Positions 1-9,366 of a stretch of DNA of 32,000 nucleotides are shown here, in pieces. The notes under the pieces are model-generated. The model had not been told where the DNA came from, did not search any database, and saw only the letters and a program-made list of their open reading frames with translations. Position numbers and translations under genes: made by a program. The DNA is from Candidatus Odinarchaeota archaeon (GTDB taxonomy: Archaea > Asgardarchaeota > Odinarchaeia > Odinarchaeales > Odinarchaeaceae): the NCBI GenBank assembly GCA_038826135.1, contig JAWBON010000006.1, positions 1 to 32,000 of the forward strand. The letters run 5' to 3'. Position 1 is the stretch's first letter; each line of letters starts with the position of its first letter.

Positions 1-89
1 AAAGCTTTTTTTGGATTTCTTTCTGGCATATTCTTCGTCTATCGGCATTTTAATGCAAGTGATGTTTGACCGACGGTTTTTTAAGTAGA
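1..89 (-). promoter_or_regulatory. Possible CRISPR leader segment downstream of cas2 (array itself not in window)
   Basis: Non-coding DNA directly 3' of the cas2 stop. It contains a near-palindrome GCATT-TT-AATGC (45-56) nested in a weak inverted repeat ATCGG(41-45)...CCGAC(70-74), reminiscent of the GTCGA..TCGAC motifs of I-B leaders. Position is the main evidence; no repeat is visible. Confidence 0.3.
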
Positions 90-362
90 TCAAAGTATTG
101 TTGTGCTTTCTCCCTTTACTATTCCAAGGGTTTCCTTTCTCATGTATGCTGTTGTTCGCAACATGTAGAAGGTTACGGAATCATGGTTCTTGTCTATCGC
201 TTTCGTAAGGTTATTTTTTAGTTTAATGAAGTTTGCTTCACTTATTTCTCCTTCAAAAACCGAGTTTTGAACCCATGTAAGATATCTTCTTCCTATTCCC
301 AAAACTTTGATTAGACGTTCCTCACCCACGTCATATACCATTATTAGATACATTTTTCCCAC
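90..362 (-). CDS. cas2: CRISPR-associated endoribonuclease Cas2
   Basis: 90 aa with N-terminal YLIMVYDV, LTWVQNSVFEGEIS and DSVTFY motifs; last gene of the cas operon. True start may be the second Met (MYLIMVYDV). Confidence 0.97.
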   Translation of the reverse strand: MGKMYLIMVYDVGEERLIKVLGIGRRYLTWVQNSVFEGEISEANFIKLKNNLTKAIDKNHDSVTFYMLRTTAYMRKETLGIVKGESTTIL

Positions 363-386
363 AGATTTTAAATTAAGTATTTATAT

Positions 387-1376
387 TTACCACCGCGCGA
401 CAAAAGGTTTATACTCTTTTTCTCCCATTAAATGTTTTTCAATTTTATATAGTTCAAGTCTTATGAGCCTTTGATATGTTGCTTTCATACTTTTTGTTAA
501 TTGTATTGTTTGTTTTAATTTATCTTCATATTGTTGTATGAAAATTTTTCTGCCTTTTTCATTGAGATAGATCCCTTCTAACTCTTTCATAAAACATGTG
601 TGATCTAGCATTTTCTTATTTATTATTGTGAATATTATTCTATCGGCTATAATCGGTTTGAAAACTTCAGCGACATCTAAATTTAATGTGAAACGCCTAT
701 CATTTGAACTATGTAAAAATCCTATCCGAGGATCCAAATGTGTCTTATAGATTTCACTTAATACAGTCACATAAAGTAAGCTATTGCCGAAGCTTATTAG
801 TGTATTTAATTTAGTTTTAGGCGGTCTTCTCTGTCGACATGTATAAATATACTCTTCATCTTTGATAATTATATTGAAGGCGTTGTAATAATCCTCTTTA
901 GAGTGTCCTTCGATTGCCATTAAATCTTCTATTCTTTTAGCTTCTTTTAATTCTATTATGTTTTTTTCAATTGATTCTATTGTTTGCTCTAAACCGCCTT
1001 TCCTATTTTGGTAGTAATTGATATTTTTTAACATGTTTTCTAGGCTACCTTCAACGAATTTTCTAGCTAATTCTACTCTTTTCGGGTATTCTATATAATG
1101 TTCGCATTGTTTGAGAGTCATGAAACCTGAGTTATAATGTGTTCTTGGATAAAAGCTTCCAATATAGTAGTTGTAGTAATTGAAGAAATGTAAAATTATT
1201 TCATTTGATGATACAAACTCCAGCAGACGTTTATTAAACGTAACCTCTCCAAAAATCATAACTGTGGAAACTTCTGCTACGGGTATGTACTTTTTAACTT
1301 TCTCTCCAATGAAGCATAGTGTATTCTCTTTTTGTTTAATTTCACCAGAGCTAAATATATAAATGGTTTTTTTCAT
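387..1376 (-). CDS. cas1: CRISPR-associated endonuclease Cas1, subtype I-B (Hmari/Tneap type)
   Basis: 329 aa; MKKTIYIFSSGEIKQKENTL start, LMAIEG, NTLISFGNSLLY, LDPRIGFLH, LNLDVAEVFKPIIADR catalytic motifs. Confidence 0.98.
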   Translation of the reverse strand: MKKTIYIFSSGEIKQKENTLCFIGEKVKKYIPVAEVSTVMIFGEVTFNKRLLEFVSSNEIILHFFNYYNYYIGSFYPRTHYNSGFMTLKQCEHYIEYPKRVELARKFVEGSLENMLKNINYYQNRKGGLEQTIESIEKNIIELKEAKRIEDLMAIEGHSKEDYYNAFNIIIKDEEYIYTCRQRRPPKTKLNTLISFGNSLLYVTVLSEIYKTHLDPRIGFLHSSNDRRFTLNLDVAEVFKPIIADRIIFTIINKKMLDHTCFMKELEGIYLNEKGRKIFIQQYEDKLKQTIQLTKSMKATYQRLIRLELYKIEKHLMGEKEYKPFVARW

Positions 1377-1377
1377 T

Positions 1378-1902
1378 CTAGACCCAACAAAACTCTCTAT
1401 AGGCGCATTTTCTACAATATGCTATCTTTACTGGTTGAGGCGGGATGTCTAATTCTAGAATTTTTCTTATTTCCTTTAATATTTTAACTATTTTTTCCTC
1501 TGATTTTTCGTCTAAAAATACGCGGATTCTCCTTCTTTCCTTAGGTACTAGAATCGACCCGTTAAATTTTGCCCCATATTCTTTTAGTCTATAAAGGTAG
1601 TAGAGTAATTGGAAACGAGCTGCCTCGATAAACTTCGAGGTAGTTTTAATTTCACAGATAACACGTTCATTCTTTTTAAGTAAATCTATTTTTACTCCTT
1701 CAAGTTGAATTTCCTTAAACATTCTATTATAAAATATTTCATGCACAGCTCTACCTATTTCTAAAGATGAAAAGTCTTCATCCGGTGTTATTTCATGAGC
1801 CATAAGCCACAATTCTCTCTTACATATAAAATAATACCATACAAGAGTTCCTGTAATTGGTTTACCTGTTGAGGTATTATAAAGAGTCTTCACATTAACC
1901 AT
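1378..1902 (-). CDS. cas4: CRISPR-associated exonuclease Cas4
   Basis: 174 aa; YYFICKRELW, RecB-type D..EIK, QLLYYL, and C-terminal CRKCAYREFC [4Fe-4S] ligands. Confidence 0.97.
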   Translation of the reverse strand: MVNVKTLYNTSTGKPITGTLVWYYFICKRELWLMAHEITPDEDFSSLEIGRAVHEIFYNRMFKEIQLEGVKIDLLKKNERVICEIKTTSKFIEAARFQLLYYLYRLKEYGAKFNGSILVPKERRRIRVFLDEKSEEKIVKILKEIRKILELDIPPQPVKIAYCRKCAYREFCWV

Positions 1903-1911
1903 CTTTTACAA

Positions 1912-4353
1912 TCAAATTATGAGAGGGCCTTTTTCTTTATCTTCGCTACTTTTATAGCCAGTTTCTATATCGTAATAATATTCAACTAATTTGTGAGGTA
2001 TCAACCTTGTTTTAAGATGTTCTGCTATCTGTTTAAGATTTTTTAAATTCTCATCTTTATCGTATACTTCTACTATATAATTTTCCATTTTAGCGGTTAT
2101 TGTACGTAAAAGAGCTTTATACTCGAATACTTCTTTTAGGTTAGTATGGTCTATCTTTTCCCATTTTTTTAATATAGCTTGGAATTCTTCGAGCTGATGC
2201 TCCGCATCATTATTTAGTTCTATGTACACGGGTATTTTTGACTCTTCATGTATTAGGGAGAAATTCGATAATTCTTTAAAATTTAACTGATTAATTTGCT
2301 GCAAAATCTCCTCTGATTTTTCATTTTTATCTATATTCATTCTGTATGAAATCTCATTAAAATAAGACTTAACAATACCACCGAGTATTTTTTCACCAAT
2401 ATTATCTTTACCCTCTAGAATTTTACGGCTTATATTTGTTAGTATTTGACCATATATCTTTCTAGAATCCTCTTTTTCATGCTCGTCAATAACTCTTAAT
2501 ATGAAGACATTTCCAAGTTTCTTCTTCCAGTGTCTATTACAGCGCCCAGCTACTTGAACTATAGAGTCAAGCGGTCCAATATCTCGGATAGCCATATCAA
2601 AATCTAAATCCACCCCCGCCTCTACTACTTGTGTTGATACTAAAATAACAGGCCGTTCTTCTTTGAGAAAGTTTTTTAGCTGTTCTATTCTTTTTAGTCT
2701 CTCGATTGGTAGGACACTTGTAGAAAGATAAGCTAAAATAATTTTTTCTGGAACACACGCAGATTTTTCAATATTCGAAGTTAACTTAATGGCTTTCTCA
2801 CCAAGTCGTTCAGATATTTTTTTATAGACTTTTTTCGACGTTTTAATCGTATTTAAAACTATTAGCGCCGAATCTTTACCATTCCAAACTCTGAAAAAGA
2901 ATTCGACTAATCCTTCATAATTTACTGCCTCTTTAACACTCGGAATTAACTGTACTCTTTCTAATTTTTCAAAATATGACTGAGAGTCGGTTAGTAATTC
3001 TTCTCCTTTAAATATAGTAGGCATAGTTGCGGTCATCATTATGATGGTGGAGTGTAATTTTTCAACAAAATTTATTAATACATCTCGTACGAGTTTCCAA
3101 TACTCTAAGGGTATCGCCTGAATCTCATCTAAAATAATTACGGAACCCGCTAAATTATGAAGTTTTTTGAGCTGAGAATTTTTACATCCTATTAATGTTC
3201 TAAATAGCTGTTCAAATGTTGTAACAACGATTTCAGACTCCCATGAGTCTACTAAAAGTAAGAATTCATCTAAATGTTTTTCATCTTCTTTATAATCAAT
3301 AGGGGGGAAAGAAAGATGATGGTACTTAAGAAGTAACGAAATCTCGGGGTCGTTATTATAATATGTTTTAAGAACCTTTTTTAAAGTGGAATGATTTTGC
3401 TCTATTATGTTAATATATGGTAGACAGTAGACAATTTTATGCTGTCCCTCAGCTAAAGCATTTTTTAATTCTAAGGCTGAGTACACTCCACTTAAAGTCT
3501 TTCCAGTCCCTGTAGGTGCCGTAATGGTATATATGTTACTTTTATCACTTTTTGTATTTAAGATATTTTTTAAATTATTTTGAATATCTGAAAAAATAGA
3601 CTGCCTAATCTTGTCTATTTTCATTGTAGGATTTCTATTATAACTCTTATTAATATAATTTAGAATTATATCTGAAGTCAAATTATATGATGGTGCAGCT
3701 TGAATTTTTGAAATCAATCCTGCATCTTTTTTATCAGCGTCAATAAGGCATGAATAGAGAAAGAGTGTGTCATAGTATAATTGCCATCTATCATTTTCAT
3801 TTAATTTCAATTTCATGAAAGCATTCGCAGTTTTTAGTTTAGATTTAACTTCGCTGAAACAACTCTCAAAATTATTTATAAAATCAAAAGCTTCCTTTAA
3901 ACCTATATTCTCCAACTCTTTTGTAATATAGTCAATCTCATTTTTAATTGTCTCCACCTGTTTTAGAATATAATTGGGTGTTGGCGAGTCAATTATATCT
4001 CTAATAATTCTAAAACTTTTCAGTTCACCGTGATGTGAATATACACATAAAAATGTTAGTGCTGGGAGTAAAAGATTATTAAACCGCTTAATTGTAAGCC
4101 AGGAAGTAAATATTGCAGATAAAAATGAATGTTTATATAGATCTCCTTGAACCCGCTCATTATTTAAGTGTTTTTGAAAAAAACTGGTGTATTTCCCAAA
4201 ATCATGACTTTTACCGATTATTTCTGCCAAATCACAAATTTCTTTGGGCGCTCCTCCCTTAATCGCATACTCCTTACATAGAATTCCTACATCGTTTAGG
4301 TGAGTAAGAAGTAATTTATTTTGATGGGAATATTTTTTACATGAAAACCCCAA
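1912..4353 (-). CDS. cas3: CRISPR-associated helicase/nuclease Cas3 (HD + SF2 fused)
   Basis: 813 aa; N-terminal HD domain (LLTHL, HDFGK, HHG, LIDADK), Walker A APTGTGKT, DEIQ, MTAT, STQVVEAGVDLD, QVAGRCNR. TTG start overlaps the end of cas5. Confidence 0.98.
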   Translation of the reverse strand: MGFSCKKYSHQNKLLLTHLNDVGILCKEYAIKGGAPKEICDLAEIIGKSHDFGKYTSFFQKHLNNERVQGDLYKHSFLSAIFTSWLTIKRFNNLLLPALTFLCVYSHHGELKSFRIIRDIIDSPTPNYILKQVETIKNEIDYITKELENIGLKEAFDFINNFESCFSEVKSKLKTANAFMKLKLNENDRWQLYYDTLFLYSCLIDADKKDAGLISKIQAAPSYNLTSDIILNYINKSYNRNPTMKIDKIRQSIFSDIQNNLKNILNTKSDKSNIYTITAPTGTGKTLSGVYSALELKNALAEGQHKIVYCLPYINIIEQNHSTLKKVLKTYYNNDPEISLLLKYHHLSFPPIDYKEDEKHLDEFLLLVDSWESEIVVTTFEQLFRTLIGCKNSQLKKLHNLAGSVIILDEIQAIPLEYWKLVRDVLINFVEKLHSTIIMMTATMPTIFKGEELLTDSQSYFEKLERVQLIPSVKEAVNYEGLVEFFFRVWNGKDSALIVLNTIKTSKKVYKKISERLGEKAIKLTSNIEKSACVPEKIILAYLSTSVLPIERLKRIEQLKNFLKEERPVILVSTQVVEAGVDLDFDMAIRDIGPLDSIVQVAGRCNRHWKKKLGNVFILRVIDEHEKEDSRKIYGQILTNISRKILEGKDNIGEKILGGIVKSYFNEISYRMNIDKNEKSEEILQQINQLNFKELSNFSLIHEESKIPVYIELNNDAEHQLEEFQAILKKWEKIDHTNLKEVFEYKALLRTITAKMENYIVEVYDKDENLKNLKQIAEHLKTRLIPHKLVEYYYDIETGYKSSEDKEKGPLII

Positions 4354-5095
4354 CTACTTCTCCCTCACTAATTTTACAACGGAAAGCCTCACTAGTTAAA
4401 ATAACATTTATTTTTTTACCTGTACCCTCATAAATGTATGTCTCTGTTCGACGTAAGGTTCTGTCTGGATTAAAGTCAGCTGGGACAAGTTCTTCTATGT
4501 ATACTCTAGTGTCTGATTGAGGCTGAATTGTTTTTATAATCGACACCGGGATAATCGTATGAACTTCTAATTTACCTTCTGGTTTAAATATTTCCGCTTC
4601 AGTAAAATTATTGTACTCTAATTCTGCTAGAGCATTCGCAGGCCCAAGGGAGGGTGGGTAATTGAATCTTTGATTCATTATATGCTCTGTTAACTTCTTC
4701 TGTATCGCGATATCTTCATGACTGAAAAAAATTCTGTAACTTAAATCCGACAAATTTGAACTATCTGCTAATATAAAATCTGTATGAATTTGTGTTCGCC
4801 GCCCCTTTCCTCTCAATGTATTAATGTTGATTTGTTTGGTCATAAGATAGTTTAAAGTTTGGGTAATATGTTTAATCTTTGATTTAATCTGCAGAGCGAT
4901 TCTACATTTTTCTGAATTGAATAGTTGATAGTAGTCATTCTTTTCATAGCCGAGAACGGCTGCGATTATCCCAATTATTGTAGTTCTGGGTGGGAAGGCG
5001 TAACTGAGCGAACTGGTTGTTGTATGATGCTTTCTAAATTGCGCTAAAAACCCGTGAATATCAAAAACCGTGAGCGGTACTTTCATTTTTCTCAC
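4337..5095 (-). CDS. cas5: Type I-B Cas5 (Cas5h/Cas5b)
   Basis: 252 aa; AQFRK...SLSYAFPPRTTIIGIIAAVLG N-terminal RAMP motif and PSLG glycine loop. Confidence 0.96.
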   Translation of the reverse strand: MRKMKVPLTVFDIHGFLAQFRKHHTTTSSLSYAFPPRTTIIGIIAAVLGYEKNDYYQLFNSEKCRIALQIKSKIKHITQTLNYLMTKQININTLRGKGRRTQIHTDFILADSSNLSDLSYRIFFSHEDIAIQKKLTEHIMNQRFNYPPSLGPANALAELEYNNFTEAEIFKPEGKLEVHTIIPVSIIKTIQPQSDTRVYIEELVPADFNPDRTLRRTETYIYEGTGKKINVILTSEAFRCKISEGEVVGVFM

Positions 5096-6069
5096 TGTTG
5101 AACTAGGGATTTTTTAATTTCAGTTATTGAAATATTATAAGGAAGTTTTACAACCTTATTATCTGTAAGATTCTTAGTAATGTCATCAACTAAACCCTGC
5201 AATTCGTCACTAGTTCTTAAATATATTTTTGAGATTTTATCTGCGTGTTTTTTTAGATGAGCTATTAACGGGTTGAAGTTAATTTTTAAATTTGAAAAAT
5301 CTCTTATAGGCTCAGTAGATTCAACGTTGACATGTTTTCTAAGATCTCCAAATAATGTATCTGGATTATTATATTCCACTCTAAGGTATAGGTGGGGTTT
5401 TTCACCTATTTTACTACGGGTGGTAGGCTGCACCTGAAGAGCCGTCCAAATATAATCGTCGAATATTTTCAAATCCATGGTACTCATACATGTTTTAATA
5501 GCCCTTCTACCGCTTACCACACCATAAAAGCCTAACAGAGAATAATAAAGACGCCAGTCTTTGCCTATTGTCCCGCTGCCTTCTGCTTGTTCTCTCCCAG
5601 AGAATACAGACGTGATTGTTGGGAAATCTATAAGTTCAACTTTATGAAATGAGAAACCCCATGTAAATTGGACAGGGCCTGTAAAGGATTTAGATGTTCC
5701 CCGCGACTCTTCACCTTCTTTACCTAAAGGTATAGTAGCACCAAACAATCTGGCATCTATAAATTTCTTTAGAACATCTTGGAGGTTACCTTTTTCAATT
5801 TCTGCTTTTTTCAGTCTATTATCAGCTCTGATATTTTCTCCATCGATTTTAGTGACATATATGGATTCTTCACCAAATTTTTCAACTATATAATCACGGA
5901 AAAATCTTTTAAGTCTTACATCTGAAACAAAATTAATGCCTGTTCTAGGGTCTATTCGAGGACGGTTTTCTGAATCAGGGTCACCGTTAGGATTACAGTT
6001 CTTAGCTTCATATAGAATTAAAATCTCACTATTTGGCAAACCAGCTTCGTCTAATTGTTTACTACTCAT
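5092..6069 (-). CDS. cas7: Type I-B backbone subunit Cas7 (Csh2 type)
   Basis: 325 aa; NCNPNGDPDSENRPRID, VSDVRLKRFFRDY, IDARLFGA, TGPVQFTWG motifs. Confidence 0.97.
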   Translation of the reverse strand: MSSKQLDEAGLPNSEILILYEAKNCNPNGDPDSENRPRIDPRTGINFVSDVRLKRFFRDYIVEKFGEESIYVTKIDGENIRADNRLKKAEIEKGNLQDVLKKFIDARLFGATIPLGKEGEESRGTSKSFTGPVQFTWGFSFHKVELIDFPTITSVFSGREQAEGSGTIGKDWRLYYSLLGFYGVVSGRRAIKTCMSTMDLKIFDDYIWTALQVQPTTRSKIGEKPHLYLRVEYNNPDTLFGDLRKHVNVESTEPIRDFSNLKINFNPLIAHLKKHADKISKIYLRTSDELQGLVDDITKNLTDNKVVKLPYNISITEIKKSLVQQ

Positions 6070-6496
6070 TTTTACTACCTCCTTTAGTTATTATTTGTAA
6101 TGTAGCATAAGCGTAACCTGATAATATGTAAAAAACATTAGTAATCGGATCGATTAGTTTTTCAAGATTTCTATCTAAAAGTGTCTTCATAACACTGTAG
6201 ATTTTTTCATTATACGTTAATATTTTATAATTTCTTAAATCCTCTAAAATAGTATTAGCTAAGACTTTAACCCTCTCACTAGACATTCCTTCAAAGTGTA
6301 TTTTATTTAAAACTGCTTTTTTCTCATCATTTTTTGAAGAATACTGTTCTGAACCAACTTTACCAACTAAAACACCGAGTAAAAATAATGCTGTTTGAGC
6401 CTCAGAATATCCTTGTATTGAAATAAACTTTTCAATTTCACTGTCAAGTTTTAAATCCGATATAATGTTTTCATATTTTTCAAACATATCCGTCAC
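6062..6496 (-). CDS. cas11: Probable internally translated small subunit Cas11 (in frame within cas8b)
   Basis: Minus strand reads TTGAGGGAG-ATG-AGT-GTG-ACG-GAT-ATG. An SD-like GAGGGAG (6503-6509) precedes in-frame starts at 6502 (ATG), 6496 (GTG, 6-nt spacing) and 6487 (ATG), giving a 141-146 aa product equal to the helical C-terminal domain. Internal Cas11 translation is established for type I-B/I-C/I-D systems. Confidence 0.55.
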   Translation of the reverse strand: MTDMFEKYENIISDLKLDSEIEKFISIQGYSEAQTALFLLGVLVGKVGSEQYSSKNDEKKAVLNKIHFEGMSSERVKVLANTILEDLRNYKILTYNEKIYSVMKTLLDRNLEKLIDPITNVFYILSGYAYATLQIITKGGSKNE

Positions 6497-7903
6497 ACTC
6501 ATCTCCCTCAAAAGTTTTAGTAATAAGTTATATTTTAAAATTCCTCTACACATTTGGGCATCTCTCACTCGCGGTTTTGTCGAAATATTAATATTATAGC
6601 CTTCAGATATTCCGTAGCGCTGAAGTCTTGCAAACAGGACTGCTTGTCTTATTATCTTGTCTGACGAATAGTATGAACCTGTTAGTAATGCATCTAATAA
6701 TTCAACAATTAACTTCCAATCTAGAATTTTCCCTTTTATAACTCTGAGGGGGAAAATATTTGGTATTTTATCAAAACCTATACTCCATTTTTCCACACCC
6801 TCGTTGAAAACGCCTGCTACTTCATTAGATAATTCACCTGCTTTTTGTGTTAATTCAGATATTTTAGTAATCGGTACATCTTGAATAAGATAATGAAATG
6901 CAAAATGGGAGGATTTAGGTTCTCCGAAAAACAAGTTTAATGCATAGTATGTACCCCTTTCTATTCCTTCGATATCCTTTAAGTTGTCTTCAATCTCTTT
7001 AATAGATCGATATGCTTTTACAATATTAAATGCATTTTTTATTTTAGGAATTATATCTTGAAGAATCTCTTTATTTATTTCTGTTCCGTGAATTGTAGGT
7101 ATTAAAAAAAGATTTAGCTTTGCTTTTACGTCATCACCAATGGTCTCTCTTAAATTTCGCTCTATATAATTTACTCCTAATTTTAGTTTTTCTTTACATT
7201 CAGGACATACTATATGTGTTCTGATAAGATTTTCAGGTTTTTTTCCTATACCTGACATAAACCCTGCTTTATCAATATTGTACATGCATAGAATACTCCC
7301 CTCTGGATAGGCTGGGTCAGTAAGAACTTTCTTATACTTCCCGCAAATATGGCATCTGCCCTCTATTAGTTTATGACCGTATAAAATATAATTGAGGAGT
7401 TTTCTATAGCCAGACTCTTTAGCAAGGTCTTTTAACTCCCCGTTTTTCTTAATAGTTACAGTATATAGGCCTATGCTTTTTTGATTTATTTTTTTAGAAT
7501 TTAGCTCTTCTTCCAGGTTCTTTTTTAAATCTTTATTATTTGAGAAGAAATACTTTATAATTTGTGAAAGAATATCGCGAAGGTCTAGGATTTCTCTATC
7601 TGTTTCATTTATTTCTGAGATAAAATTGATTATTTCATTTATAGACCACTTATTCTTTTTTTTAGTTAGTAAATATTCTGGTTTACTAACAGTAAGAGTT
7701 AATACTGGTCGCTGTCCTCTGCCTGTATTTCCAATCCATAGAAATTCTTCAGCTCGACTTTGATCCAGCTTTATATCACAATCAATATAAAAAATGAATT
7801 CATCTAAGTCAAATATTATCCTACATAAATTTGTATCCGGTTTTATTTTTTCTATTGGAAGTCCTTTTACCGCTTCCCCAATTTTTTTAATTGACTCAAT
7901 CAT
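6062..7903 (-). CDS. cas8b: Type I-B large subunit Cas8b (TM1802/Csh1-like)
   Basis: 613 aa between cas6 and cas7; Zn-finger pairs CHICG and CPEC; C-terminal helical FLLGVLVG...Q and FYILSGY motifs. Confidence 0.9.
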   Translation of the reverse strand: MIESIKKIGEAVKGLPIEKIKPDTNLCRIIFDLDEFIFYIDCDIKLDQSRAEEFLWIGNTGRGQRPVLTLTVSKPEYLLTKKKNKWSINEIINFISEINETDREILDLRDILSQIIKYFFSNNKDLKKNLEEELNSKKINQKSIGLYTVTIKKNGELKDLAKESGYRKLLNYILYGHKLIEGRCHICGKYKKVLTDPAYPEGSILCMYNIDKAGFMSGIGKKPENLIRTHIVCPECKEKLKLGVNYIERNLRETIGDDVKAKLNLFLIPTIHGTEINKEILQDIIPKIKNAFNIVKAYRSIKEIEDNLKDIEGIERGTYYALNLFFGEPKSSHFAFHYLIQDVPITKISELTQKAGELSNEVAGVFNEGVEKWSIGFDKIPNIFPLRVIKGKILDWKLIVELLDALLTGSYYSSDKIIRQAVLFARLQRYGISEGYNINISTKPRVRDAQMCRGILKYNLLLKLLREMSVTDMFEKYENIISDLKLDSEIEKFISIQGYSEAQTALFLLGVLVGKVGSEQYSSKNDEKKAVLNKIHFEGMSSERVKVLANTILEDLRNYKILTYNEKIYSVMKTLLDRNLEKLIDPITNVFYILSGYAYATLQIITKGGSKNE

Positions 7904-8634
7904 TAAACCACCTCAAACATTCCAAATCCCTGTGAATTTTTAGATCCAAGTCCTGTGTCGTAAACTGTTTTAATAATTTCTTTTTCCCCCTCTAATTGAA
8001 ATGACCCTGTCCAACCTTTTATTATTGTACTTTTATATTTTAAAACAACTTCTCTAACTTTCAAAGGCTTTATGAACAGTCCTGTTTTTAATTTTCTACC
8101 ATATAATAAAAAATATTTTTTTCTCGCATTAAAATCTATTAATTTTGAAAACTCATCTTCGAAAGGAGAGTAGTAATAAGTCTTTTTTTTACCATCAGGG
8201 GTAAATAGCGTGCTGTATACTGTGAGAGGAGACAGCATTTTTATTTTAATTTCAGATTGAAAATTTAACTCAGATGGATAAGCCACCTCTAAAACCTTAA
8301 TCTTTTGATTTTCTAATATTATGTAACCTTTTTTAATTATTTCTGTTGAGAGTTCTTTTATAAATCTTTCAATTGGCGAGGAAATATATAATGCGACCGG
8401 TCCATAGTAGCTTAAGGTATTTTTTTCTCTATCCAGGCTAAATCTTCCTTTAACTCTAGAGAACGTGAATAATTTAAATCGCCTATTAGCTAATCTGTAT
8501 CCCTCGTCATGAAGAAAGTTTGATAACTCTTTTGAAATATTATTATATATGGCCGCTTGGACTATATGATTGTAATTTACTGGTAGTTTTAAAGTATTAT
8601 TATCCCAGTTTTGTAAAGTTAGTTGAAGCCTCAA
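7903..8634 (-). CDS. cas6: crRNA-processing endoribonuclease Cas6
   Basis: 243 aa; LPVNYNH, FKLFTFS, SPLTVY, C-terminal GLGSKNSQGFG glycine loop. TTG start; stop overlaps the cas8b ATG (TAATG). Confidence 0.97.
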   Translation of the reverse strand: MRLQLTLQNWDNNTLKLPVNYNHIVQAAIYNNISKELSNFLHDEGYRLANRRFKLFTFSRVKGRFSLDREKNTLSYYGPVALYISSPIERFIKELSTEIIKKGYIILENQKIKVLEVAYPSELNFQSEIKIKMLSPLTVYSTLFTPDGKKKTYYYSPFEDEFSKLIDFNARKKYFLLYGRKLKTGLFIKPLKVREVVLKYKSTIIKGWTGSFQLEGEKEIIKTVYDTGLGSKNSQGFGMFEVV

Positions 8635-8664
8635 GGAATGGCACCATAAATATTATTTAATTGT

Positions 8665-8682
8665 CTTTTTATAAAATTAGCG
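8665..8682 (-). promoter_or_regulatory. Putative BRE-TATA promoter of the cas operon
   Basis: Minus strand CGCTAATTTTATAAAAAG about 30 nt upstream of the cas6 TTG. Confidence 0.5.
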
Positions 8683-8725
8683 TATTTCTTATTTTACTAT
8701 TTAGATGGATTTAGTTTTTTTAAAA

Positions 8726-9214
8726 TTATGTTACTGTTACGTTTACTTGTATTGCTACCCATTGTCCTGTGTATATGGTTTTGTTTTGCTGTGGGTTGTA
8801 TATGTGTAGTTTGAGGTAGTATATGTAGACTTGGTATGGTGTGGTTGTGTTTAGTTTATCGGTTACTGGGATTAGTGTTTCTGTTTGATCTGGTAGTGTT
8901 ATGGTTTTATTATCCCATGGTGTGCATTCTGTGAATGATGGGTTTGTGTTGTTTGTTATGATTCCTTGTAGTATTTCCACTGTTAGGTTTGCTGTTGTTC
9001 CAAGCCGGTTTTGAACTAGGCAGTAGAATGTGAACTGGGTGTTGTTTTGCACGGTTATTTTTCCTGTGCTGATGTAGTCGCTGTTTAATACTGATATTGA
9101 AGCGTATTTTTCTGTTTGAGGGGGGTTTATTAAAGTGTATGCTAGTGTGCTGCTTGTTACTATGATTGCTGAGATTATGATTGCGTATATGGTGTTCCAT
9201 TCTTTCTTGTTCAT
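8726..9214 (-). CDS. Membrane-anchored cell-surface protein with Ig-like domain (DUF1616-like)
   Basis: 162 aa; one N-terminal hydrophobic helix (IYAIIISAIIVTSSTLAYTLI) followed by a beta-strand-rich domain with 7 N-x-S/T sequons. DUF1616 resemblance is recalled (EKYASISVL, LVQNRLG, QWVAIQVNV), not searched. Confidence 0.65.
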   Translation of the reverse strand: MNKKEWNTIYAIIISAIIVTSSTLAYTLINPPQTEKYASISVLNSDYISTGKITVQNNTQFTFYCLVQNRLGTTANLTVEILQGIITNNTNPSFTECTPWDNKTITLPDQTETLIPVTDKLNTTTPYQVYIYYLKLHIYNPQQNKTIYTGQWVAIQVNVTVT

Positions 9215-9366
9215 TTTAAAAATCGCCTGTTGTTGAATATTGAGGGCTGTTTTTCTTTATTTGTTGTAGACTGTTTCAGCTATTTATTTTTAATGTTATT
9301 TACTGTTGAATTTTAAAAATAGTTTATTTTTTAAAATATTATAAAAAATGTTGATAGTTTTACAGT

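Noticed and set aside
7895-7910. CreTA-like toxin-antitoxin RNA between cas6 and cas8b, as in haloarchaeal I-B
   Set aside because: The cas6 stop and cas8b start overlap (TAATG), leaving no intergenic space.
8910-9200. Alternative-frame ORF (96 aa, H/N/K/Q-rich) inside the surface-protein gene
   Set aside because: An artefact of the A/C-rich strand, where T-starting stop codons are rare; the composition is not protein-like.
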